The position numbers were made by a program, and so were the translations under genes. Below are positions 10,081 through 19,929 of a stretch of 64,000 bases of DNA, one piece after another. The notes beneath the pieces were generated by a model. The model worked only from the letters and a program-made list of their open reading frames with translations. It ran no database searches and had not been told where the DNA came from. Source of the DNA: a virus; the IMG/VR virus record IMGVR_UViG_3300010885_023630, positions 62,981-126,980 of that record; one strand, 5' to 3'. Every line of letters starts with the position of its first letter. Positions within the stretch are counted from its first letter, which is position 1.

Positions 10081-11634
10081 GTGGCAAACACAATATTACA
10101 TAAACGATCGAGTACGCAAGGTAAAGTACCGTTAACTGGTAACCTGTCGCTTGGTGAATTGAGCATTAACACCTTTGACGGTCGTTTATATACCTTAAAG
10201 AACGATGGCTCTGCTACTATTGCCGACTTAAGCCAAAATGATAAAATTACCTTAAGCGGCGACGCAACAGGTACAAGTACCAACCCTGCCGCAGGTTCTA
10301 ATTGGAGTAACTTAGCAGTAACATTGGCAAGCACTGGCGTTGTTGCTGGTAACTATGGTAGCCCAACTTCTATTCCGACAGTTGTTGTTGACGCAAAAGG
10401 TCGTGTACTAAGCGTAACAACAAACGCAATCAGCTCATCAATTACTTTGGGTGCCAGTTCTGGTGCCAATGGATCGGTATCTACTGGTGGTACATTAACA
10501 CTATTAGGTGCCGGTGGTATTACAACCACAGTGGCATCTGGCACATACACAATTACAGCAAGCGGTACATCGCCGACTGCTAACGTTAGCTTATACGATT
10601 CAATTAGTACTACTCCTGCGACAAGTACTGTTTATTATCCACAGTTGTCAAGCACATTAAATGGCAATACACTAACACAGGCCAACGTTAATTTAGCATT
10701 TAACCCTGGCGTTGGCCAAGGTACGTTATATATTCCGCAAGTTGTTGCTACTACTGTAGTGGCGTCAACAATCGGTAATGCTACCAGTGCCATAATTGGT
10801 ACAACTGCCGCAATCGGTACAGTTAACGCTAACCAAATTAACGCGGCAACAATTGGTAATACTGGAGCAGTAATTACTGGTGCCACAGTTACTACAACAG
10901 GTAACGTTGTTGTTGGACAAAACTTAACAGTTACAGGTAACTTAACTGTACAGGGCCAAAATACTATTATTGGTTCTCAAGATTTAACAATCAATGACTC
11001 AGTAATTAATTTACATACCTTTGCTAACTTGGCACCATTGAGCGGTGACGATGGCAGAGATATTGGTTTAAAATTCCACTACTATAAAACCAGTGACAAC
11101 CTGGCATTCCTGGGTTGGGCTAACGATACTGGCTATTTAGAATATTATGCCGCTGGATCGGAAAGCAACGCCAACGTTTTTGCTGCCGGCACATATGGTA
11201 CAATTAAATCTGGCGAATTAGTTTTAGCCAATTCAACAGCAAGTACAAGTACAACAACCGGCGCATTGCGTGTTGCTGGTGGAGCAGGCATTGGCGGTGC
11301 GTTATATGCTACTCAAGTTTATGATAATGGTAATCGTGTATTAACAACCGCAACTACACACGGTAACGCGGCAAGCGGAACAGATGTTACAGTAAGTGGA
11401 GCTTATAATAATTTAACGTTAACATTGGTTAACATAGCTTCAGCCGGAACATATGGTAATGCTACTTATAGTCCAGCTGTTACATTAAACACAAAAGGTT
11501 TAGTAACTAGTATTTTGCCAACGTTAATTACACCAGCGTGGTCTAGTATTACAGCTACACCAACTACACTAAGTGGTTATGGTATTACAGATGCGTTAAG
11601 CACCAGCTCAACAGTTGATGGTGGTGTTTATTAA
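10081..11634 (+). CDS. tail fibre protein
   Basis: GTG start with AAGGA; 'ILHKRSS..GKVP...L.LGELSIN' N-terminus; 'TPTTLSGYGITDA' fibre motif. Confidence 0.75.
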   Translation: MANTILHKRSSTQGKVPLTGNLSLGELSINTFDGRLYTLKNDGSATIADLSQNDKITLSGDATGTSTNPAAGSNWSNLAVTLASTGVVAGNYGSPTSIPTVVVDAKGRVLSVTTNAISSSITLGASSGANGSVSTGGTLTLLGAGGITTTVASGTYTITASGTSPTANVSLYDSISTTPATSTVYYPQLSSTLNGNTLTQANVNLAFNPGVGQGTLYIPQVVATTVVASTIGNATSAIIGTTAAIGTVNANQINAATIGNTGAVITGATVTTTGNVVVGQNLTVTGNLTVQGQNTIIGSQDLTINDSVINLHTFANLAPLSGDDGRDIGLKFHYYKTSDNLAFLGWANDTGYLEYYAAGSESNANVFAAGTYGTIKSGELVLANSTASTSTTTGALRVAGGAGIGGALYATQVYDNGNRVLTTATTHGNAASGTDVTVSGAYNNLTLTLVNIASAGTYGNATYSPAVTLNTKGLVTSILPTLITPAWSSITATPTTLSGYGITDALSTSSTVDGGVY

Positions 11635-11710
11635 GATTTAAAGCCGGGAGATTTTTATCTCTTAGCCGTTGGTTTTTACCGACACATAACGGGCCTTATT
11701 AGGTTAGGAA

Positions 11711-12832
11711 ATGGCGAACACAGTTTTATTAAAACGTAGTTCGGTGGCCGGTAAGGTCCCACAAACTACAGACTTATCGTATGGTGAACTCAGCATAAAC
11801 TATGCTGATGGTGTTCTCTGGTATAAAAAATCCGATAATACAGTCAATCCTCTTAACTCCGTTGTCTACGGAGGAACAGTCAATGCCCTTACCTACACTA
11901 ATGCGTCAAACGTATTAGTAAACTCGTCGGCATTAACATTTAACCCAAGCGGTAACATATTAACAGTCAGTGGCAACATAACAGCCGCTAACGTCTCTAC
12001 GGCCGGATCTATTAGAGCCGCAGGCCCATTAGGGCAGTCAGCATTTATCAGTGCTGGTAATAACCAACTTGGAGGTGTTGGGTATCATGGCTTCTTAGAA
12101 GTTACTAACACGGCTGCAACTAATCCTAACAAGTATTTCCGTTTAGATAGTGCTGGTACTATTCAAATTATCAATAGTGCCTATAGTCAAACTATATTCA
12201 ATTTAACTGACGCAGGCGATTTTACAGTTCCGGGTAAAATTACATCTGGTAACGTAATCAGTTCCGGTTACGGATCGTTTGCTGGAACATTTAATGAAAG
12301 CACAACCACAGCTGGTGTATATGCTGGTATTGCTGGATCACCACCAGCAAGTCCTCGCATTGGTTTGTTTAACGGTAATAGCGCACAAAATTGGCAAATA
12401 GATAACTACAACGGTTCATTCCGCTGGTTTACTCCTGGTGTGTCAAGAATGTCGTTAGATGGCAATACCGGCCAACTAAGTGTAACAGCTACAGTATCAG
12501 CAGACAAATTTACTACTACTAGTGGTATATTCTGGGCCAACGGAGCCGCATATTCAGCTGGTGGCGGCAGTAGCTTCACTGGTGGTATTATCGCCAGCGA
12601 TATCTATCCCAATGCCAACGTAACTGTAAATTTAGGACAAGCGGCCTCGCGTTATTGGTCTAACGTATATACAAGTAATGTAATTGTTAGTAACGGCATA
12701 TTTTGGGCCAACGGGACTACATTTAGTTCTGGGGCCGCAGATTCGCTAAATAGCTATATTGATGGTGGCGGCGCCACAACTGTATATTATGCAGCAACAG
12801 ATGTAATACTAGATGCGGGAGCTTCACACTAA
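11711..12832 (+). CDS. tail fibre protein
   Basis: N-terminus paralogous to 10081 ('LLKRSSVAGKVP..L.YGELSIN'). Confidence 0.7.
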   Translation: MANTVLLKRSSVAGKVPQTTDLSYGELSINYADGVLWYKKSDNTVNPLNSVVYGGTVNALTYTNASNVLVNSSALTFNPSGNILTVSGNITAANVSTAGSIRAAGPLGQSAFISAGNNQLGGVGYHGFLEVTNTAATNPNKYFRLDSAGTIQIINSAYSQTIFNLTDAGDFTVPGKITSGNVISSGYGSFAGTFNESTTTAGVYAGIAGSPPASPRIGLFNGNSAQNWQIDNYNGSFRWFTPGVSRMSLDGNTGQLSVTATVSADKFTTTSGIFWANGAAYSAGGGSSFTGGIIASDIYPNANVTVNLGQAASRYWSNVYTSNVIVSNGIFWANGTTFSSGAADSLNSYIDGGGATTVYYAATDVILDAGASH

Positions 12833-15800
12833 TGGCAACAAGAATTCAGGTTAGACGCGATACACTTGCGAATTGGACATTATTTAATCCAATACTTGCC
12901 AACGGTGAAATCACCTATGTAACAGACACAGCTTTTATCAAAGTTGGTGATGGTACAACAGCATGGAATAGTTTACCGTATGCTACACAAATTGGTAACG
13001 TTTCCCTTGGCCCAACCGGCGCAGTTACTGGCGGATCTGCTACCTTTGTTGCCAACATCACTGGCGGTAACATTATTGCCAACACAGCAACATACAGCGC
13101 ACAGTATAATTATGCCAACGGCGTTTCAATCTTAGCATCGTTTAACTCGTTTGCTTCTTATGCCAATGCTAACTTAGGCACAGCAACTACAAACATCTCA
13201 GCATTACAAGCCAACGTTGGCGCATACGAAATTTATGCCAATGCCAACTTAGGTACGGCCACTACAAACATTACTACGTTGTTTAGTAATGCCGCAAGTC
13301 AACAGACTACAATAAATTTACATGATGCCAATTTAGGCACAGCAACTACAAACATTACTACATTGTTTAGTAATGCCGCGGCACAGGCAACTACCTTAAA
13401 CATTCATGACGCTAACTTAGGTACTGCTACTACAAACATTCAAACTTTAAGTGCCAACATTGGCGCTTATGAGTTATATGCCAATACAAGCCTTTCAACA
13501 CTAACTGCTAATGCCGGTACACAACAAGCATCTATTGACAGTTTAAGAACAACTGCCAATGCCAACACAGCCGCATACTTGGCCGCTGGTGTTGCTACTG
13601 TTAAAGTTACAAATAGTACAGAAGCAACTGGAGCTGCAACCGGAGCATTCCAAGTCACTGGCGGAGCCAGCATTGGTGCTAACTTATACATTGGCGGTAA
13701 CTTAATTGTTTCTGGTAATACATACGAATTACAAACAGAAATTATTAGTCAAAGCGTTGTTGTTGCCGCTAACGTAACTGCTGGCGCATACTTCTACGCA
13801 AACGGCACACCATTAAATTATGGTAACGTACAAGCTGCCGCTTACTTGGCAAGTAATACTGATCCTACTATCAGTAACCTAAATGGCAATGCCGCGGCCC
13901 AGGCAGTATCTATTAACGCTATCAATGCTAACTTAGGTACAGTAGTTGCTACAACGATTCCAGCAATCAACGCTAACATTGGTACAATAGTTGCTACTAC
14001 TATACCTACTATCCAAGCTAACCTTGGTGCGTATGAATTCTGGGCTAACACAAACTTTGCCTATGCGAATACAACATTCGCAACAGGCGCAAGCACATCG
14101 GCAATACAAGCCAACTTAGGTGCTTACCAAATTTATGCTAATGCCAATTTAGGCACAGCAACAACTAACATTACTACCCTGTTTAGTAATGCCGCAAGCC
14201 AACAAACATCAATTGACAGTTTAAGAACTGGTGCTAATGCCAATACCACAGCGTTCTTAACTACACTGGCATTTACAGCCCCAACTGCCAACGTCAGTTT
14301 GTACGATAGCGTAACTCCTACAACTACTAACGCAATTTTCTATCCACAGTTAGTAGATAAAACTTCTGGTAACGTTGCTGGTTATACTGCTGGACTATCA
14401 TATAATCCAAGTACTGGTTACTTGTATGCTAATTATGGCACATTTAATAGTGTCTATGCCGCTGCCTTTGGCAACTTAAACTCAACCTTTACTGGCGCAA
14501 GTATTAGCACAACCAACGGTTACATTGGTACAATTAATGCCTCGACTATCAATGCCGCAACTATTGGTAACACTGGTGCTACACTAACTGGTACTCTATC
14601 AACTGCTACACAAAATAGTGTAACTACAATGACTGGATTGACCTTAATTGGTACAGCCAGTCAAACAACAACAGTAGCAGGCAATTTAACAATTGGCGGC
14701 AACTTATCAGTTACAGGTCAAAGTGTAAGTATTGGTTCAAGTACATTAAGTGTTGCTGATCCAATTATTAACTTACACACAGCTAGTGACTTAACTCCGT
14801 TACTAAGTAACGATGGCGCAGACATTGGTCTCAAGTTTCATTATTATGACACAGCGGATTCGGCAGCATTTGTTGGTCGTGCCAACGATACAGGATTTTT
14901 AGAGTGGTACAGTCGAGGTAGCGACACTGGTAACGTATTCACTGGAACTGCCTACGGCACAATTAAGACAGGCGCACTTTGGTTAGCTAACACAACTGCT
15001 AGTACTGGTACAACTTCGGCTACTGCTGGCGCATTATACGTAGCAGGCGGAGCCGGTATTGCTGGCGCATTAAACGTTGGCGGTACTATTACAGCCGCAG
15101 GTGTTAACTTAGTAGCAACAATCAATTCCCAAGACGCTAACATCGGTACTATTGTTGCTACTACTATCCCGGCTATTAATGCCAACATCGGTACTATTGT
15201 TGCTACTACTATCCCGGCTATTAATGCCAACTTGGGTGCGTATCAAACGTTTGCTAACGCCAATGCCGCAAGCCAGCAAACACAGATTAATAACATTGTC
15301 ACAACTGCTAATGCTAACGTCGCGGCCAGCTTACAAAACTTTACAACTAATATTGTAAGCACAGCAAACGTTACAGCCAATAACTTTGTGGGCAATAATG
15401 CCACAATCAATGGCGCAAACAATACTGCCATGACTATTGCTGACGGCGGTACTGGTATTGCAAACTGGACTCTAAAGCGTTACACTCAAGGTAATCCGTT
15501 ATTCTCTACAGTTGAAGGTAACGGTACTGGATTGTTCTTTAAACCTGATGGTACTGTTATGTATTTTTCAGGTCAGACCGGTGACCGTATAAGTGAATAT
15601 GCGCTGTCAACTCCTTGGGATATAACTACTGCTACTAACGTGGCTGCGTCTGGAACAAGTATTCTATCACAGGATACTAGCAATCGTGCTATATTCCTCA
15701 AGTCAGACGGTACTAAGATGTACATGCAAGGCAGTGGCACTCAACGTGTGTACGAATATACGTTGAGTACTGCCTGGTGGAGTAATACTGCCAGTAACGT

Positions 15801-18800
15801 AGGAGCATTTGTTGGTAACGCCTGGTACGGTACTACTCCAAACGGATTACAGTTCAATTCAACTGGTAGTCGGATGTATGTAGCAAACAGCGCAGGTAAC
15901 ATACAGGTATTTTCACTGTCAACTCCTTGGTCAGTAAACTCAGCCAGCTACAACAGCTATTTCTATGCTAACAACTCAGTAGAAAGCGCATATCAAGGAT
16001 TTAGCTTCAACAGTTCTGGTAACAGTTTGGTTCTAGCAGGATCTACTGTCAGTAAAGGATTTGTACAGTATAATCTAGCCACACCGTATGATTTGACTAC
16101 AGCGGTCTATGCTGGCAGACAGTACTACAGAGATCCAGTTGGCGGCGATAATGGTGCTTCTGGTGTATATGGTATATATTATGCCGATTCAGTTAACAGC
16201 GTGTTTGCACTGGACCAGACCAGTGACGTGGTATCACAATGGAGTACCAATACATCGGGTGTCAAGGTAACCAGCACTGGTACTACATTATTTGACGGTA
16301 ACATAGTAAACTTAGCCAACGTGGTAGTGGTCCAACCAGGTATATCAGCAGGCCAGCCAGGATACGTAAACATATTTGGTAACATCATCGCCAGTGGGGT
16401 CACACAAAACCATTACATTGGCGGCACGATAAATTTTAGTACGATCTCAGGCACATCAGTTTCGGTCACGAATATTACGGCAACTGGTAACAGCACGATC
16501 AACAGCGGCACTGGTACCAGTTTAACTAGCTTGGTTACAGGCGCAGTTGCATCTGGCAGTATAAAACTCGTTAATTTGGCCACCGGTGGTGTAGCAGGTT
16601 CTAACAGCAACGTTACAATTGGACCAACACTAGGTGTTGGTAATGTGTTCTTCCAAACAGCAACAACGGTTAATATTGCCAATGCTACGGCCTCAACAAG
16701 TACTACTTCAGGAGCATTTGTAGTAGCTGGCGGTGTTGGTATCGGTGGCGATGTGTTTAGTGGCGGTAATTATAATATTGGTTCATACAATCGTGCAGTA
16801 CCAACAATTTATTACAGCAATTCGGCAACAGGACAATATTCGGCACATTTAGTACAACGAGCAAACGTTGAGCTTTGGTTAGCTGGTGCTAACCCTTCAG
16901 AAAACTATGTTATTAGAAATAATGCCACAACAGATTGGCTCACAGTAGCAAACGTCACTGGTAACGTTGTATTAAGTTCAACTACTACAAGCACAAACAC
17001 AACAACTGGTGCATTGGTTGTTGGCGGCGGAGTTGGTATTACTGGTTCTCTTTACGCAAGCAGTCTAGGATCGTTTGCTGGTGGGGTTATAACCAACCAA
17101 CTATCATCAAGTAGCGCATCGGCAAGACTATACACTGATGTTCAATCTAACGTTACAATTGGTGGAACTACAAGCAACGTTACTATTCTTGGTAACTTAA
17201 TTGTTTCTGGCAACATCTACGAACTACAAACAGAAATTATCAATCAAAGTGTCGTTGTTGCCTCTAACGTGTCAGCAACATTGTTTACCTATGCCAACGG
17301 CACTGATATTACAACACAAATTAGTACTTTGCGTAGAGGTGCTGGTCTAAGTAACGTAAACATTGCCACAGGTAATGACGTAATTACATTTGGTGTTTAC
17401 AACCCTTCTACAGGAACAGCGGCAAACTCATTTACGGTTTGTTCAAACATTGTTCACGTTAACACAAACTTACGTGTATTTAACAACTCACAGTTAGACG
17501 GAACTCTTGGCGTTGCTGGCAATGTTATTGTTAGTAACATTGCTGGTTCAAACTTTACATGGAGCAACGGTGTAAGTATTTTACAAGGAGTCGGCGGCAC
17601 CTATACCAACTCTAACGTGGCCGCTTACTTGCCAACTCATACCGGTAACATAACTGGCGCAAACTTTATTGGTAATATTCGTTCACCTGGATTGACCAAT
17701 ATAGTCTACATAACCGGTAACCTTATTCCAAGTCAAAGTAACGTATACAGTTTGGGTAGCGCAACCAATTGGTTTACTGGACTATACATCAGCGGTAACA
17801 CAATTAACCTAGGTGGTCAAACAATTAAATCCACATCAACTGGTTTTAGTTTCCAAACAGCAGGTGGTGGACGATTTGACTACGATGATACCTACGGTGG
17901 TTTCACAAACTTCTACTCAGCAGGCGGACAACAACCCGATCCTGCTCAGATGTACAATTTAAAACTGACCGGTGGATACGCTACTCAAAATGCCACAACT
18001 GGTGCGTTAGTAGTCAACGGCGGTATTGGCCTAAATGGCAATCTGTATAGTAGTCAAAACATATTTGGCGCAGATTTTATCTTAACTGGTACCGGGCAAT
18101 CAATTTCTACCGTTTATGCCGGCAATACTTATGTTCAGAGTTTAGTCACTACAGCTAACACAGGTGTTGTAAATTATGTAAACACCAAAGTAAATGCTGT
18201 ACAAGATGGATTAAATTTTGCCAATGCTTCTCTTACAGCCGCTAACTCAGCAATAATTGTTGCCAACACATCAATGCGTGGTTATGTAGATACTGCCAAC
18301 ACCAGTATGAAAGCGTATGTTGATGGACAAATTACTGCTCAAAGTACAGCAACAGTCTCGTACGTTGCTGGTGTAAACAATGCCATAACCACAGCAATTA
18401 ACTCTAACATTACTACAGTTAACTCTGCTATTACAACTGCCAACGCTGGTGTAGTAAGTTATGTTGATGCTAAATTTGGTAGCTTATCAACTGGAGCTAA
18501 TGCTAACACGGCCGCTTACCTGAGTAACTATTCAGGTAATGTTGTAGCTGGTAACATTCTGGCTACTGGATTTTACTTTGCCAATGGAACACCATTTATC
18601 AGCGCCAGCGGCGGTAGTGGAACATATAGCAATGCCAATGTAACAAGTTATCTACCAGTTTACTCTGGTAATATTAGTGCCACAAATGTTAATACTACAT
18701 CTCTATACGCTACAAACATATATTCTACATATAGTAATGCTACGCTAACACAATCGTATCAGCCATATATTACCACAGTTGGTAACTTAGCAAACTTAAC

Positions 18801-19920
18801 AGTTGCTGGAAATATTACAGCCACTAATATTGTAGTAGGCACACCACTGCCATACACACAACGTGATGCGGCATTACGCATTGGGGCCAACACTAACAAC
18901 CGTGCTCAGATTGCTATACAAAATACCAGCAACGGATACAACGCAACCACAAACTTTGTGGCCTACGCAGACAACGGCGACGACGGCAATGCTTATGTAC
19001 AAACTGGTATTGTAAGTTCTGGTTATGTTGTAGGCGGCAATGAATTATTATACCCAGCTGATGCTTATGTAACAGCACGTGGTCCATTGATTCGTCCTGG
19101 TAACTTAATTACCCGGGGCGGTAACTTATTGATCAGCACAGCCACAGCTAGAGATATTATATTCTCTACAAACGGTGCTGGGGTTGCCAACCAAGTTGGT
19201 CGTTTTGTGAATACACAAGGTTTGGTAATTTACCCAACAACACAGTCTGCCAACGTATACACAGGTGCGTTGGTTGTACAAGGCGGCGCCGCAATACAAA
19301 AAGATGTTTACGTTGGCGGCAACTTATTTGTTGCTGGTAATACCACAACCATTAATACATACGTACAAACTGAATATGTAACAGGCAACGAAGTTGTTGC
19401 CGGTAACCTTATTGCCAACTCTGGTATAAGTAGCACAAGCACCACAAGCGGTGCTGTTCAAGTTCTTGGCGGTCTTGGTGTAACTGGTAACGTGTATGCG
19501 GGCACAGTTAGAACTGGTTCAGTATACGCCACTGGATTATATTGGGCAGGCAACGGCAACGTTATTAGCACAGGCGGAACTTCTGGCAATATTACCTTAC
19601 GCGGCAGTTTAACAGACGTTGTAATTCAAAATCCAGAGGCAAACGACATTTTAACATGGAATGGTGCCTACTGGGTTAACAATGCGCCGGGTGCGGCGTC
19701 TGTTGCCAGTACTATCTTTATTCCACAGGCCACAAGCGATCTAGGTTTGGTTACAGACCTTGGAGTCTCGCACACAGAAGACAACGGCACAGTAACCGAA
19801 ATTGCGGCATTTGCGTATGACATGGGCGTTTTAAGATTAGACGGTGTTGTGTCACTAAATAACTTAGACCAATCTGTTAAGTCAGATTATTTAGGTTACT
19901 CAATTATTTTTGGATTTTAA
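12832..19920 (+). CDS. giant tail fibre/spike (2362 aa): Mtd-type N-terminus, coiled-coil repeats, beta-propeller-like insert
   Basis: 'RIQVRRDT.ANW...NPILA.GEI' N-terminus; 'ANANLGTATTNITTLFSNAA' repeats; 'YxLSTPWDITTA' repeats. Confidence 0.8.
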   Translation: MATRIQVRRDTLANWTLFNPILANGEITYVTDTAFIKVGDGTTAWNSLPYATQIGNVSLGPTGAVTGGSATFVANITGGNIIANTATYSAQYNYANGVSILASFNSFASYANANLGTATTNISALQANVGAYEIYANANLGTATTNITTLFSNAASQQTTINLHDANLGTATTNITTLFSNAAAQATTLNIHDANLGTATTNIQTLSANIGAYELYANTSLSTLTANAGTQQASIDSLRTTANANTAAYLAAGVATVKVTNSTEATGAATGAFQVTGGASIGANLYIGGNLIVSGNTYELQTEIISQSVVVAANVTAGAYFYANGTPLNYGNVQAAAYLASNTDPTISNLNGNAAAQAVSINAINANLGTVVATTIPAINANIGTIVATTIPTIQANLGAYEFWANTNFAYANTTFATGASTSAIQANLGAYQIYANANLGTATTNITTLFSNAASQQTSIDSLRTGANANTTAFLTTLAFTAPTANVSLYDSVTPTTTNAIFYPQLVDKTSGNVAGYTAGLSYNPSTGYLYANYGTFNSVYAAAFGNLNSTFTGASISTTNGYIGTINASTINAATIGNTGATLTGTLSTATQNSVTTMTGLTLIGTASQTTTVAGNLTIGGNLSVTGQSVSIGSSTLSVADPIINLHTASDLTPLLSNDGADIGLKFHYYDTADSAAFVGRANDTGFLEWYSRGSDTGNVFTGTAYGTIKTGALWLANTTASTGTTSATAGALYVAGGAGIAGALNVGGTITAAGVNLVATINSQDANIGTIVATTIPAINANIGTIVATTIPAINANLGAYQTFANANAASQQTQINNIVTTANANVAASLQNFTTNIVSTANVTANNFVGNNATINGANNTAMTIADGGTGIANWTLKRYTQGNPLFSTVEGNGTGLFFKPDGTVMYFSGQTGDRISEYALSTPWDITTATNVAASGTSILSQDTSNRAIFLKSDGTKMYMQGSGTQRVYEYTLSTAWWSNTASNVGAFVGNAWYGTTPNGLQFNSTGSRMYVANSAGNIQVFSLSTPWSVNSASYNSYFYANNSVESAYQGFSFNSSGNSLVLAGSTVSKGFVQYNLATPYDLTTAVYAGRQYYRDPVGGDNGASGVYGIYYADSVNSVFALDQTSDVVSQWSTNTSGVKVTSTGTTLFDGNIVNLANVVVVQPGISAGQPGYVNIFGNIIASGVTQNHYIGGTINFSTISGTSVSVTNITATGNSTINSGTGTSLTSLVTGAVASGSIKLVNLATGGVAGSNSNVTIGPTLGVGNVFFQTATTVNIANATASTSTTSGAFVVAGGVGIGGDVFSGGNYNIGSYNRAVPTIYYSNSATGQYSAHLVQRANVELWLAGANPSENYVIRNNATTDWLTVANVTGNVVLSSTTTSTNTTTGALVVGGGVGITGSLYASSLGSFAGGVITNQLSSSSASARLYTDVQSNVTIGGTTSNVTILGNLIVSGNIYELQTEIINQSVVVASNVSATLFTYANGTDITTQISTLRRGAGLSNVNIATGNDVITFGVYNPSTGTAANSFTVCSNIVHVNTNLRVFNNSQLDGTLGVAGNVIVSNIAGSNFTWSNGVSILQGVGGTYTNSNVAAYLPTHTGNITGANFIGNIRSPGLTNIVYITGNLIPSQSNVYSLGSATNWFTGLYISGNTINLGGQTIKSTSTGFSFQTAGGGRFDYDDTYGGFTNFYSAGGQQPDPAQMYNLKLTGGYATQNATTGALVVNGGIGLNGNLYSSQNIFGADFILTGTGQSISTVYAGNTYVQSLVTTANTGVVNYVNTKVNAVQDGLNFANASLTAANSAIIVANTSMRGYVDTANTSMKAYVDGQITAQSTATVSYVAGVNNAITTAINSNITTVNSAITTANAGVVSYVDAKFGSLSTGANANTAAYLSNYSGNVVAGNILATGFYFANGTPFISASGGSGTYSNANVTSYLPVYSGNISATNVNTTSLYATNIYSTYSNATLTQSYQPYITTVGNLANLTVAGNITATNIVVGTPLPYTQRDAALRIGANTNNRAQIAIQNTSNGYNATTNFVAYADNGDDGNAYVQTGIVSSGYVVGGNELLYPADAYVTARGPLIRPGNLITRGGNLLISTATARDIIFSTNGAGVANQVGRFVNTQGLVIYPTTQSANVYTGALVVQGGAAIQKDVYVGGNLFVAGNTTTINTYVQTEYVTGNEVVAGNLIANSGISSTSTTSGAVQVLGGLGVTGNVYAGTVRTGSVYATGLYWAGNGNVISTGGTSGNITLRGSLTDVVIQNPEANDILTWNGAYWVNNAPGAASVASTIFIPQATSDLGLVTDLGVSHTEDNGTVTEIAAFAYDMGVLRLDGVVSLNNLDQSVKSDYLGYSIIFGF
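15139..15231 (+). repeat. exact 45-bp tandem duplication (NIGTIVATTIPAINA x2)
   Basis: Two identical copies of aacatcggtactattgttgctactactatcccggctattaatgcc. Confidence 0.9.
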
Positions 19921-19929
19921 AGGAAAAAA

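Noticed and set aside
13150-15231. CRISPR-like periodic repeats
   Set aside because: The repeats are in-frame, degenerate at third positions and lack unique spacers; they are protein repeats.
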